A DNA stretch of 64,000 bases, from the NCBI GenBank assembly GCA_002633005.1, contig NMRA01000761.1:68015-132014 (forward strand), written 5' to 3'. Origin of the DNA: Phoronis australis (Eukaryota; Animalia; Phoronida). A model generated the notes under the pieces. It searched no databases. It was not told where the DNA came from and saw only the letters and a list, made by a program, of their open reading frames with translations. This document shows positions 1 through 13,000 of the stretch, one piece after another; the stretch's first letter is position 1; each line of letters begins with the position of its first letter. The position numbers and the translations under genes are program-made.

Positions 1-224
1 AAGTAGATTAGTCATTCAATTAAGCAAGCTAGGTGACTCCATGAAATGTTTGTTATTTAAAGTTTTTTGCAGATTTTGTTAATTATAATTTAAACTTTTG
101 TAGTGTCTTACGAAGTTATACATATAGTGTTGACTGCCTCTAAAGTTCTGTATTGGGCTTGACGTTGGTTAATCAGGCACTGCTTTAGGGTTGAGGGCTG
201 AAATACCAAGCCAGGACAAAAGTT

Positions 225-334
225 CAAACCTGACGCAGCACTTTCTAAACTCGGGACGCGCATTTTCCAAACTCGAGGCAGCAAAATCCAAACTCGTTAC
301 AGCATCGAGTTAAAACAGGCTGTGGAGAACACTG
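225..334. mobile_element. End of a probable hAT-like non-autonomous element with ~21-bp subterminal repeats
   Basis: Three to four AAACTCG...CAGCA units end in TGTGGAGAACACTG. The exact reverse complement CAGTGTTCTCCACA recurs at 50762, suggesting a shared terminal sequence. Confidence 0.35.
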
Positions 335-501
335 GGTTCTTGCACAGGATCTTGTAACGGGAATTTTTGCAGCATTCTTTGCTAAGAGAGCAAATTTTGC
401 ACCAGTTTTAATTAAAAATTAATGTTTATTATACTCCACTACGTTTGAAGGCTATTCTTTTATACTGTCGCAATGATCAAGTGCACACTAAAAAGTATTG
501 T

Positions 502-563
502 TCACTAGTAATTAGTCACTAGTTACGAGCCATTAGTCACTAGTCGCTGGTCACTAGTCACTG
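502..563. repeat. Degenerate 7-bp tandem repeat (AGTCACT)n
   Basis: tcactagtaattagtcactagtt...ttagtcactagtcgctggtcactagtcactg. Confidence 0.7.
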
Positions 564-2344
564 TTCTGGCAGTGTTGTGGATCACAGTGAATAACATCAA
601 TGAGCTTGCAGTTTGATTTGCCCTTGTGCAAAAGTAGAACATTTTAAACTGAAAATAATCCTTTACTTAGTTTGAAGAATAATATGAAAAAGTTTCATAC
701 GAATCCAATCGGCCATTTTTGTGTATTTTGTTTCGAATTTAATCAAATTAAGACATTTTAGATAGGGCCCTACATAACCTTCAAGGAACTGCCATTTCAA
801 ACCAGGTCAACAAATTTAAAATTTTTGTTGATAAATTGATCCAAAAAAGTTCCACTTCGATTAGGCACCATATTGATTAATTATATTAGAGGACTCTTGA
901 CATGTAGTCTCGTGTATTAAAACGTGAAATTTTATTCTCACAAGCTTGTTTTAATTCTCAAAACTAAAAGCAAGATTGTGAAATCGAAAAGGTTTTTCAC
1001 ATGTTTGAATTAAAGTTAAAATTAAAACAGATAGTTACTGGTTTTTCCTGTGCTTCTTGTTTCAGAGCATCAGTGGCAGAAGTCGTGGCATTTTGCTCTT
1101 TAGCTTGTGCTAAATTTGGACCCTCAATCTACACTCTGTAGGTGATGTTGGTAATGGTCAAATATAACTGAGTACAGTTTGCACTATTCTGCAATTTCCA
1201 TTCATTTCAGCAAGCTAGGCTGTTGACATTTCTATCCAGACACTGGAATACTGGAGAGCTCTCCTTAGTTGCTAACAGCGGCATGGATAACAAGTGTTGA
1301 GAGTGCATTTAATTGACTGGTTAATGATTTCACAAAACCAAGTCTGGCACCCTCTGTTTCAGATTATTGATATTTCACCATCTTGTTAAAGCTAGGAGCA
1401 TGCAATATGATGTGGACAGAGAATAGTGGTAACTTTGTACCATGCATAACTGGTTGTAAGTTTTTTTAACTCAGCCATCCAGAGATTAGATTTGTCATGA
1501 AAGTGACAAGTCCTAAAATCATGAAGATGGTCCTCTTTTGAACAAGTGTTATTTTTTGCACTTTAGAAGTTGAAAACGTTTGTGTGAATTCCAAGTTGAA
1601 GAAAATGAATGTAAATTTATCGGAATTTTTTAAAGTTTCCTTAAAACTAATATATTGTATACATTTCACCTTTTGATCTGATTTAGTCCGTTTGCATGCC
1701 AGATTATTTTTTGATAATATTCTAATTTGGTATGGTTGTTCTTTGTTTATTGACCATTTTTCAATAGAGTGGCGATATGATGAAATGCGCCTTGTTGGCT
1801 ATCACTAGATGGCAATAGAATAGAAGGTAGCCAGCGTTTTTCATTCTTGTAGCGGAATTTTATGTTTTTTAAATTTATTGCTACTTCTCGTCACCATCTG
1901 TTATGTAAATGTCTACTGTTTCCTAAATATCCGCGAGAGAAACAAAGTGCCATTCGTCCCTGTTACATCCATCCCTCTTGAACTCCAGAATTTGAAATTG
2001 GGTCTAGCGACATGCTTTTGGTGCTCTCACTTCTCTAAAGAGAATATTTCCTATTCGATCGACCCTCATGTAGCTGTCTTCCAAGTGCAAATATTGATAT
2101 TTGTTAATTTAGCAAAACAGGACTGCTATATGTGAAGCTAACTGGCGGGTAACCTTGTTTACTTAATTAATTTAATGTCCATTTTAAGTCTTATTTCTTG
2201 CTAAATACCCTCTGCAAACTTGATTTTCAGTTTTTTATTTAACNACTTCTTGACAATCAATAGAAAAGGCTAGTGTTTACTAGATTGAGTTGTACTGTGT
2301 AGATGTTGTAAACATCATATTGATAAATGGGCAATTCCATGAAA

Positions 2345-3051
2345 AGGTCAACCTCGAGACAAAAAAGTAAAATTGTGGCTACACTAACATCTGTGGTCTC
2401 ATCTGAAAGCCCATTCTCTCTAGTTTGAGGACTCTTATTTGATTGTCGTATAACTCTCAATTTGTTGCCTAAATGGACCCATTTTTGTGGGTCACTTCAC
2501 TCGTTGCTAATTTTTGTCATGAAAAAGCTAAGTATGGGTATTTCTCTATACTGTCAAATTTGTGAAATCGCATGAACAAACATTATAAAAAATAAAATTT
2601 CAACTCTGTCACACCATTCAACTCTTGGGGTCAACGGTCAAGTCCTGGATATTATGGTGCCGTACGTCCTTCACAAAAAAGTTTTAAAACGTTTCGTNAG
2701 GTCAACCTCGAGGCAAAAAAGTAAAATTGTGGCTACACTAACATCTGTGGTCTCATCTGAAAGCCCATTCTCTCTAGTTTGAGGACTCATATTTGATTGT
2801 CCTATAACTCTCAATTTGTTGCCTAAATGGACCCATTTTTGTGGGTCACTTCACTCGTTGCTAATTTTTGTCATGAAAAAGCTAAGTATGGGTATTTCTC
2901 TATACTGTCAAATTTGTGAAATCGCATGAACAAACATTATAAAAAATAAAATTTCAACTCTGTCACACCATTCAACTCTTGGGGTCAACGGTCAAGTCCT
3001 GGATATTATGGTGCCGTACGTCCTTCACAAAAAAGTTTTAAAACGTTTCGT
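2345..3051. repeat. Two near-identical 353-bp direct copies (2345-2697, 2699-3051) separated by a single N; likely assembly/haplotype overlap
   Basis: Both copies start AGGTCAACCTCGAG and end AAAACGTTTCGT. Three substitutions seen; the junction is the N at 2698. Confidence 0.9.
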
Positions 3052-6000
3052 TACGTTGAAATTCTTCAATCAAAATTCAAATAATTTTAGATTCTCTTTT
3101 AAGTTGTTACTCAATTCTATTGACCAAAAGTTTTAGGTCCCAGGGATTATTCGTTAAGTCAGAAATTGCTTGACAGATGTACAGCAAATTTGTACGTCTG
3201 TCACATACCTCCGTCACAACCATGAAATTACAATTTTTCAACCAATAAAAATAAACTTAGGTCATACTTTTACTTTCTAAACTTTCAGAAGATGAAATAT
3301 ATCTCACACCTAAGAACCTTGAAATGATAAAATATCACCTAAAAGGCAGCTTTAAAATTATGCAAAGAAGTTGCTACAGGTTTAAACTAAATGCGCAATT
3401 GGACTTTTTCAGTTTCAAAAGTATTTGCCGAAAAAATATAATTACTATGTCATATAGTTATTCTTAGTAGAATTCAACTTATAAAAATCAGACAATTGGA
3501 CCACATTATCAAATGTAAATAAAACAAAATGTTAATTTAATGAACTTATTGTTTTTCTGTTGGTACCCTATGTTTTGTAAAGAAATGCTTAGCTTTTGGG
3601 AAATTCAAGATGTGGTTGGTGAGCACTCTCCTGGTGGAGTACAGTAAATTCGCGAGTGCAGTGCTTAATTTGATTGGGGTCATTCATTTGAGTTACCTAA
3701 ATCTTTAATTCATGCTGTTGTTCCTGAAAAAAGCAGCTTTACTTATCTAAAACAGAAAAGATATTGCCAAGGAAAATTTCGACGCATGGTTTTCAGGCGA
3801 CCAATTTTTGGGCCTTGCTGATGTTTCAATGTGGGTCATCAATAAGTCAAGCTAAACAACTTCCCCGGCCAGCAAAATCGGCAAAAAACCTAATTCAAAT
3901 CAACGAAAATGTTTCGTTATGAATGCATACAATATAAGTACACTGAGAGATAACTCACTGGTCTTTACAGGAAATTGCGACCTAGTACCGAGTATGTGTT
4001 TTACTGAGACAATCGTCTGCTCGCAACATTCCTCAGCTGTCCCTGCCGGTCGTAGTGTAAAATCTGTTTTTGCAATACAGTCCTCACTTCAAGTTCTGCA
4101 AATCAGCACAGTTTCCACCGTTATTTTTGAATGCTGTGATCAACATGGGGAGATGTCTCTATTACTTTTTACAGTCCAGAAGCTAAGAAACAAAAATAGA
4201 GAAGAAAACTAAGAATTTCGTTGAAGCTAAAACAGGCTCCTGCTGAACAACTGTTCAGGGAATCTTTCAATTTTTTAATTCCCGGATGGATTGTTTCCAA
4301 GTTGCTGACAAACTTTTGATATTATTGAATGGTTCAGTACTTTAACTTGTATATTTCACGAACTGAAAATTTATTAATTTTGTGCAAGATACCTAGAATT
4401 ACCATGTAAGTTATTCAATTTGACGTCCTTTAAATCACCATAATACGTTGGTTGAGGAAAAAAGATAAAGTAGTTTTTTTGAAAATGAAATAAGGAAATT
4501 ACGAGATTTCTCGAAGTTTAGCCAAATGTTATAGCCTATAGTTACTTAATAGATAACTAGATATCGTTTTTGAATATCAAATCAATCTTGAGAGTATTTA
4601 GCAATAAGGAGCCGGAAATTGACGTAATAATAACACATCTATTTTTAGTTTCTCCCTAGTAAGCTCTTCATTTGCTGTCAGCTTATGTTTTGTGGAGGTT
4701 CTTGCCTGCGAAATGTTGATAACTTTCAGGAACTGCTGGACATTTTTTCGTAATTGTTGGAGTCCATTCTGAGATTACGTGACTTTATGACGGCCTTGAG
4801 GCATGAAACACATGCGTGACTGGTCGTTGTGTTCTTCACATGTCTACGAGCATACTGAGGTGTAACAATGTAGACTCACCAGCTGTGATCTTCGCAGTAC
4901 ACTTCCTTTGGAAAGTGGCGATGGTTACCCATTGAACAAGCATGCGTAACCTTAAGAGGCGGATACGTAATGTGAAAAGAAATATCTGATCATGCAAAAT
5001 ATAGCCAAAAAACTAAGACAATTAAATTATCAAACAGGTGACAAAAACAAAGATTTTGCCATACGCATACGCAATAAAGACTGTATGATGCCAACTTCCA
5101 CTATCGGGAAGAATTGTTTTACTTATCCACAAAATGTTTACGACCACTTATCTAATACATGTTGTTTATGGGCGTGATGTTTGGCAAAACATGCAAAAAA
5201 CCCGAATGTTTCTAGTCCTCTGTCAGATTGCATGCTATTGTTCCGTATAAAGTGGTAAATTTTTGGAAAAATTATAATTCTAGTGTCATTTTGAAGAAAT
5301 AACCCAAAATTACAAGTGGTTATACAGGTCTATACTCGTTATATTTATTATTTGGTGGAAAAAAGTTAACCGCTGGGTCAAAAAATGTCTTTGAAAAAGT
5401 AAGCACCATTATGCTCATCGGTGACATTAGGGTGTGTTTCATACTTCCACAGCTGGCCACTACATGGGCAAGAGACTTATTGCGTGCATATTAGGTGAAT
5501 CTCATTGACACTCCATATGCTAGTTACCTAGCCATGATTTATTGATGCATTACCTGACGTGACATTTGAAATTTCTGGAGTTTATTATTTTGCTATAATT
5601 AATGAAGATAACTTTTCTCTATGTCTATTTCTCATTAACTAGTCTAGTTTCTGGAAAGTTCACCAGTTGAGCCAGTAGGATGCGAGTAGCCCTCGGGGAC
5701 GCTGCAGATCCGTCACGTCATCAGAAGTCAGATTTTCCGTTTTTTATATTAGCGACTGAAATAGGAGCGTTCTATTGATGTTAAAGGTCTTTAGTCTCGT
5801 GTTACGTGCTTAGGAGTATGATGAAGGTTTTTTCTTTTTGTGCCAGAGATAGGTGATTTGTTCAGAAGCGCTCCTGTTTTGGTAAATCAGTAAATACCAT
5901 GCTGCTTGATTTCTGCTGTTGATCACAAGATTTTGCTCTGCTGAATTTATGGGTGTGACATATGGTAAAGCTTTGTTGAAATTGATCAAGATTTAGTCCA

Positions 6001-6872
6001 GGGAATTGAGTGATTCCTGTTACATAACAGGAATGTTTGTTGTTTTTGGAAATTCCAGATGTTGTCATTCCTGAGCAACTGGACCATGATAGAATGTCCT
6101 ATTGACTATCATCACAGAGAAGACAACCGTGAATTATGAACACTTTTAACTGTAGAATGAAACTGATTTGAATTGTGTTTAAGAAAAACTGGGGTTAACA
6201 TACATGTGGACTCAATATCTAGTACCTATTACAAATTCAAATGTGAATATATAGCTTATTAAGCAAAGGCAATATTTAGGTAGCTATGGTTTCTGATGTT
6301 TGAAACAAGTGATACCTACCAGCGCTCGATTCCTACCAGCCCTCGGCAATATAAAAATTACCAGGTTGTCATTTGCAACCTGAACAAAATCACAGCGTGC
6401 AATTCTGAAATCAAGCTCGCACACACTGATACTAGGTGAGATCACGCAACCTTGTCATCAAAACAAAAAATGCTTTCAGTGTGATTTTCCGTGTTGCGGT
6501 GCCTGTATTTTCCAATTTCTAAAAAATGCTGTTGTGGCGTTTTTGGGCAGTGCTGGGGTTGAGCATGCCCATGTGACATGTATGCAACTAATGTGAGTTG
6601 AGTGGATGAATGGCTTTAAAATGTACATGCCCTGGATGAGATGGAAGTTGTGAGCACCCACATAGCAGTGCATGAGACGATGGTGGGGAAGAAAATGTCT
6701 GGCGATGTTTCACTGTGGCGACGTCATTGCCCTCATGCATAAAAAGACATGCCAGTGTTTGTACTATATGTAGGATTCTATGTTTGAACTAATTGGCTGT
6801 TTAAAACTTAAGATATATAGATCTATCATCACCTTTGTTTTGTTCTAGCTCCAATGATTTAAGACGGCACCA

Positions 6873-7093
6873 ATGGAAGGATCTTGTTTGGAGCTCGCCC
6901 TAGAGGGGGAGCGACTGTGCCGGGCTGGTGACTGCCGTGCAGGTGTGCAGTATTTTGAAGCGGCCGTTCAGGTTGGCACGGATGACCTCAAGACACTCAG
7001 CGTCATCTACAGCCAACTAGGCAATGCCTACTTCTACCTGCAAGACTATAGCAAGGCGTTAGAGTTTCACAGACATGACTTGACATTAACACG
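6873..7093 (+). CDS. GPSM2: GPSM2-like coding exon 1 (MEGSCLELALEGERLCRAGDCRAGVQYFEAAVQVGTDDLKTLSVIYSQLGNAYFYLQDYSKALEFHRHDLTLTR)
   Basis: Strong similarity to the LGN/AGS3 N-terminus. Acceptor ttttgttctag at 6848 (exon starts 6849, so a 5'UTR exon lies upstream). In-frame TGA at 6855 supports ATG 6873 as the start. Donor CG|gtatgt, phase 2. Confidence 0.96.
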
Positions 7094-10000
7094 GTATGTT
7101 TTAGTTTGTCCACACAGGATGTCAGTGCAAAACAAGTATGACATTCACCTTGATTAAGGTTATAGAGGAGGTTATTGTTAGTCTACATTTAGCCAAATAT
7201 CTATGAAACCATAGGCATTGGCTTTGTTGAGAGTGTGTAGACTAGTGTATAACTTTGTATGTTAACCTCATCTTTGAATTGCCCACTTGCATAACCACGT
7301 TTCATTAAAATTTAACAAAAAAGAATGGTTCATTCATAGCAAACAAATGGTATCTATGACATGGCGAAATTTCACTATTTTAATGTTCAAGATGAAATTT
7401 CAAAACTGTTACAGTTTTCTAAAACAATTTATATTCATATTCCGTAACTTTGAGTTTTATTTTGTAAAAATCATATTAATGCATATTTTTGTTGCCCCTT
7501 TTGCAAAAATGGAACGTTTTAATGCTAACAGATATTTGGAAAATTTTGCATCAAGCATGTCATACCGCAAACGTTCGGGTTAACGCCCATGCTCAGTTAA
7601 CCGCCCACCCCCTACTTTAGGTGGAGTTTCAATTTAACCGCCGACTGCTCGGTTAACTGCCCCTCTGCATTTTTCAAGATTTCCAGTTAAGCGCCCACCT
7701 CTCAGTTAAGCGCTTATGCTCGACTTTTTAAGATTGAAGATTTAGTGCCCAGCGTTAGGAAACGTGCGATTCCCGACTTTTAGATACAGATGATGATCAC
7801 AATGAGCGCAACGACGCTGGGCTTTCGGATGGCGGTTTGGCAATGTGAATAAGAATACAAGTAACGAATTATTGTCCCGGGTCATAGAATTGCTTCAAGA
7901 TATATTACTTGAACGTTTTTGTCATTTTTATGCGCCCACATATTTATATGTGGACGCATTATGCTGTCATCTCCGTCCGTCCGGGCGGCGTACGTTCGGC
8001 GTCCGGCATCCGCTGCTTTATCTCCAAAACCTTTTGACGTACGTTCATGAAATTTGGCACATATGTTTCATTCATGAACGGGACGGCATGTGCGAACTTT
8101 CGGATGGATTACCGGTGTGCCCCCTAGTGGCAATTTTAGTTTTTTACGCTTATCTTCAAAAGTCCTGAACGCATTTTCATGAAATTTGGTATGTAGGCAG
8201 CTATTAGTGAGATGAAGCTATCCTCCCGTTTTCAGATGGACTCGACGTAGTTTGCGCCACCTAGTGGCCATTTTTAGTGTTTTCGAGTCGGTTTTTTTGC
8301 GTCCACCCCTCTATCAAACAAACCGCTCAAAGGATGATTGTGAAAATTGGCATGTATGCTCTTACTATGAAGATGACGGTTGACGCTGAATTTCCCGTGA
8401 CTTTGATTACTGTGGCGCCTCCTAATGGCAGTTTTTTTTTTGCGCCCATGTCTGTATCTCCTAAACCGTTTGCAGGATCNTCGATTTCTGAGTTCAAAGG
8501 TTGGCAACACGTTGTTGTATGTTTGTGTATCATCTTGAAGCACTAAAAAACTTTTATTTTGTTTTTCTCTTGTTGCATCTCAGTCAAACTGGCGTTAGCA
8601 GATTTAACTAATGTCGCTGGTGGTTCTTTACTATGATTTCTTGCGTCAACCCTCGCCTGACTGTGTGAATTATCGCTTCCATATCCCCTTTTTGGTCATC
8701 CAGAATAATTTTGTTTGTACATTGGCCAGTTTCAGCCTGAATAAAATTCTTACCATTCGAGCCTGAAATATCTACGACGCAGACTGGCAGAAAATTGGCA
8801 ATAGTTGGTAGGAGGTGCACGCAGCTAGCTACGGACATGGCACATGGGGCCTAGGGAACATCGAGCCGTAAAATATCGAAGTAGACTTAACATCGCAGTT
8901 TTGGGGGACATTGGAATGGAGGAATATCGTAAAGCACTGGGTCTTTCCTAACAACAGCTTAGAAGTCGAGCGTCACGCCGGTTTCTTTTACTTAGGACTG
9001 TCGCTGTTTTCTTTTGATGTGTGACTTTGTAGCGGTGCACGTGCGTAAGTTCCCACACTGTGTGCATGTTACCTTGACACCAACACATGATTGACAGGTT
9101 ATTCATACATAGGCCCTACGTGCGTGCTGAATCCCGTCGCTATCTTTGGCCATTAAAAATGAGACGCATATTGAAAGAAGCCGTCATTGATGGCCTTTCC
9201 AAATCAAGATTGTCTGCCTGGACATTGCGCGCCAACAGTGGGACTGACCAATGCCGCAGTGCGATAGTGTATGTGATATATAATCTGGACATCTGGCATG
9301 TAAAATAAGCGTGTTTTCCACCACAAAGTTGGGTAAGGTGGTCGTTTAAGAATGAATTGAAACATCGCTGTTATGTGACGTTTTATCACATATTTATGCC
9401 GTGGTTCGAAATTTTCTTCTTGTTTTGTTGACGACTGGCTCGTGTCCCCCCTCCCTGATTCTTGTCGTACTTCTTTGCCGAGCATGTTTCGCGCAACGGT
9501 AATTGAAAATGTTATTGAGTCACGAAGTGTTGACTATAAACATCCCAACCACAAAAAAACAACTGAATTAGTTTTTCAAACTTTATTACAACTAATTTTG
9601 AAACTGCTCTCTGACTCGGAACTTGAGAGCTACCACGGGACTGTTACCTTGATGTCAGCTGTGACCTCTGTAACAAGTGATGCTTGCACGCACACTTTTT
9701 TGGTGCCATTGCTTGTAATCCAAGTGGAGTGCTGCGTGGTCACTGGTCATCTGCGCACTACAGTTCTAACAAACTAACAATACCGCAGGATGGCACGGGT
9801 CTATTACTCAGCAATTTTGTAAATTTGTGAATGACTAATCTGAGGGCAACAGAACCTTTGTTGGGATCATCCACTGTTATGAAGTTTTTACTGTCATTGG
9901 GCGACGTGACGATAAAGCTCTTTGAAAAGTACTACATGTTCCGAGTACGTGTGTCATGTGGGTACTTAAATCACGAGGTAAGATTAACCGCCCAGGTGGT

Positions 10001-13000
10001 GGTTGTCTGTCGTAATAAGCGCCCATGTTCGGTTAACCGCCACCCTGGATTTCTTGAAATTTCACGTTTATGCGCCCATGTCTGGTTAACCGCCCTCCCC
10101 CGATTGTTTTGGGTTTGCCAATTTAACCGCCCAGGGCGTTTACCTGAACGTTAACGGTATGAGGTTTCAACAATAGTCACTTTCAGGAGTCCCACATTTT
10201 GCTTATCATTTTTCTGTGACGAATAACAGGAATCTATCTGATTTTCAAACACCAGTAGTCCAGGACCCTTGTTAACGACTACTGCCGAAATTTCGTACGT
10301 AAAGTCTCACCAAATTAGAAAAAAAACATGGCTGACTAGTGAAATTTGATTTTACTAATTTTTCTATGAAAGATATGTTGTCCCAAATTGTAATTTTTAA
10401 AATGGCCACTCATAACCCTAAAAATGCATGAAATTCATAGACAAAAACATGCATAAATTTCTCAAACATTGTCCGATTTTGATGATTCTTTTTTCAATTT
10501 GCACAACTAAATAACTCTTTGCATATGTGATTCAATTGGCATTTGGTAAGTGACCAAAAAATTTATTTTAAACCGTAACACAGTCAACTCTCAAATGTGG
10601 ACCTTGATTGTGATTTAGCCGTGTACTTTGCAACGATAATTGAATTTCAATGAGAACTGGATTGCCAAAGTGCTTTTGTTTAATCTTGTGCGCTTAGCAT
10701 TAAAATTGATGTTTGAACAGTTTTTTCATCGACATGAAAAAATTCATCTGAGCATCTAAATGGCCCTAGTCATGTGTAGCGACTGTGCTTTAGTGTTTGC
10801 ATTAGCCTAAAAGCTTGTCTGTGGTGTGGCAATTTTCTTGTCATCAAATTACTACAATCAAATTACCAGTAAAAGATACTCATTACTCCCATCTCGCTAA
10901 GGGTCGCCTATTCATTCCTGTATCGCCAGTTGCACACAGTGGCTCGTTGTCCATTGCGTGGCTTCTCACTAATCTGCTAATGGCTTGAATCTAATGTATA
11001 GTCCTCCTCATAGCTTCAGGATTAATATTTATGCTGCAAGATATAAGGATCACGCCTGTATCGCAGTCTAAATCGGACTAATGCCGTGATACTTCTTCAG
11101 TAACAACGGTTTTTACTGCGGTGTTCCCAAGCATTACTGAGTTTGAGAACTGACATTCATGCTGAAAGATGTGAAGACCTGTGCGCATCTGTCTGAATCA
11201 ACCTAGTACTACAATACTTCGGCGTTTTTGAGGATACAAGTCTGCTGGAAGGCACAACGGACTGTTTGGGTGACTAATCTAACTAAGGTCACTATATTTT
11301 TTGTAAGAGTGGTCTTTGTTGTTATTCTCAAGTCAGTTTTTGAGGCTTTGTATTGATGCTGACAGCTGTGATGGCCTCATCTGTCACATGTCTGCTTGAG
11401 ATTTTTGCCACTGCCTTAATAGGCATCCTTCGGTCTTTGCTGTTTCCAAAGTGAAGTGTGTGAGGTTCAACAAAACTAGAAGCTGTAGGGCAATGTTTTC
11501 CCGTCAGGCTAAAATCATACTCCATCTTGGGTAACTGGCTTGTGTAGCCTTGGGTTGGGGTTGAATTAATCTTTCAAAGCATGATTTGAATTTAAAATAT
11601 CCTAATTCTCCGCTTATTTTGCACAAATATTGCCAAAACAGTATTTTCCCATTTTTTCATAAGCTAATTACTTTGCTGTAAACAATGGCAACTTGAGTTC
11701 CAATATCTACACAGCATGAACCATGCTGGTAATAGACCAGTGTTTCCGTTTTCTGGTAAATACTGGTATTTTTTCAGACTTCTTCGAGCCCCACCAGAAT
11801 TCTGTATCTCGACCACAACTAATCTATGCCCGAGGAGCCATAATTGGGCTCTCGTGCTTTTGCTCAGGTGTTTTGTACAATGGGTCCAACCATGAGGCCT
11901 GCACACGTCTGATGCACGGCAAATGACATCAGACCACCTGCAATGTTTTTTTTTTAATCTATGCCTGAACCAGTTTAAGCAGTTGCAAATTTTGAGCATT
12001 TGTTTCTCTTAAATTAATAAATTAATAAATTCATAGTAAATAATGCCTTGGAAACCCGAATCCTCTTATTTCAGATGCGGGGTATCGTAATTCATCTGAA
12101 CGACAGTAGTACGCCAAACAAATGATACTTACATTGCGTATTTCCTTTTCTTCGCTATAATACTTTCAATTCTGATTCGTCCACTAACATGTGCCCTAAT
12201 TGCACTCTTGAAGCAACACCACCCATGCTTTCTTGGAAAAGTGTAAATAACAACCAACATAAATAGAGTCCTATTTTTGAGTCTAATGCCCACTCTGTTT
12301 ATATATCACCATTTTTGTGGAAACTATAAATCAAGTGTGGTCTGATTGTTCACAAAGTTGCCATAACTAAGAATGTTCACAGAACCAGTTTTGGACATCG
12401 TATGGCAGACCGAAATTTCTTTTTTCACTATTTATGAATGATGCATAGTGTCGCACTGGTGCTTTGTCACATGTTACCGTCAGACAATATTTTGAAAAAT
12501 TGTGATCATTCACAACTGTGTTCGAAACCCTTGAAAAATAAAAAGATACCTTTTTGTCAATTATTTTTGTTAGAAATTGGTGACATTTTACTATCGTCTT
12601 CGTTTTGAGAGTTGGCTAAACTTAGTTGAAAGCATTCTGTCATAATTCCTAACTCTCAATTTCAATTCCGGTTAGAACACTGGAAGTAGTTATGAAACTT
12701 TCTAATGGAGTGTTGCTGTGTCGATTATAGCTCTGTAGCTTTTCTTTCAGTGGTACGCAAACTTCAACCTGCCTTCGTTATCTGAGCCTGAACATAATTT
12801 CAGTCTTCACAAAAATTGTAAGTGCAATTAGGTCAAGAAATATTCAGAAGAAGGAAATCTCAAATAGACATCTGTAACTTAGCTGTGGTAAAATTTCTTC
12901 AACTTTTGGAACACAATATGGCAGTAATGTAAAATTTTATTTCATCAAAATTTTCAAACAAAAAATAATTGTACTTGGTTATTTTTTAACTTTCTGTAGT

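Noticed and set aside
2329-7285. Inverted pair TGGGCAATTCCATGAAAAGGTCAAC and reverse complement TGGGCAATTCAAAGATGAGGTTAAC (20/25) bracketing the first coding exon
   Set aside because: No matching TSD seen. More simply two independent ends of a common repeat family, since the exon is part of an intact collinear gene.
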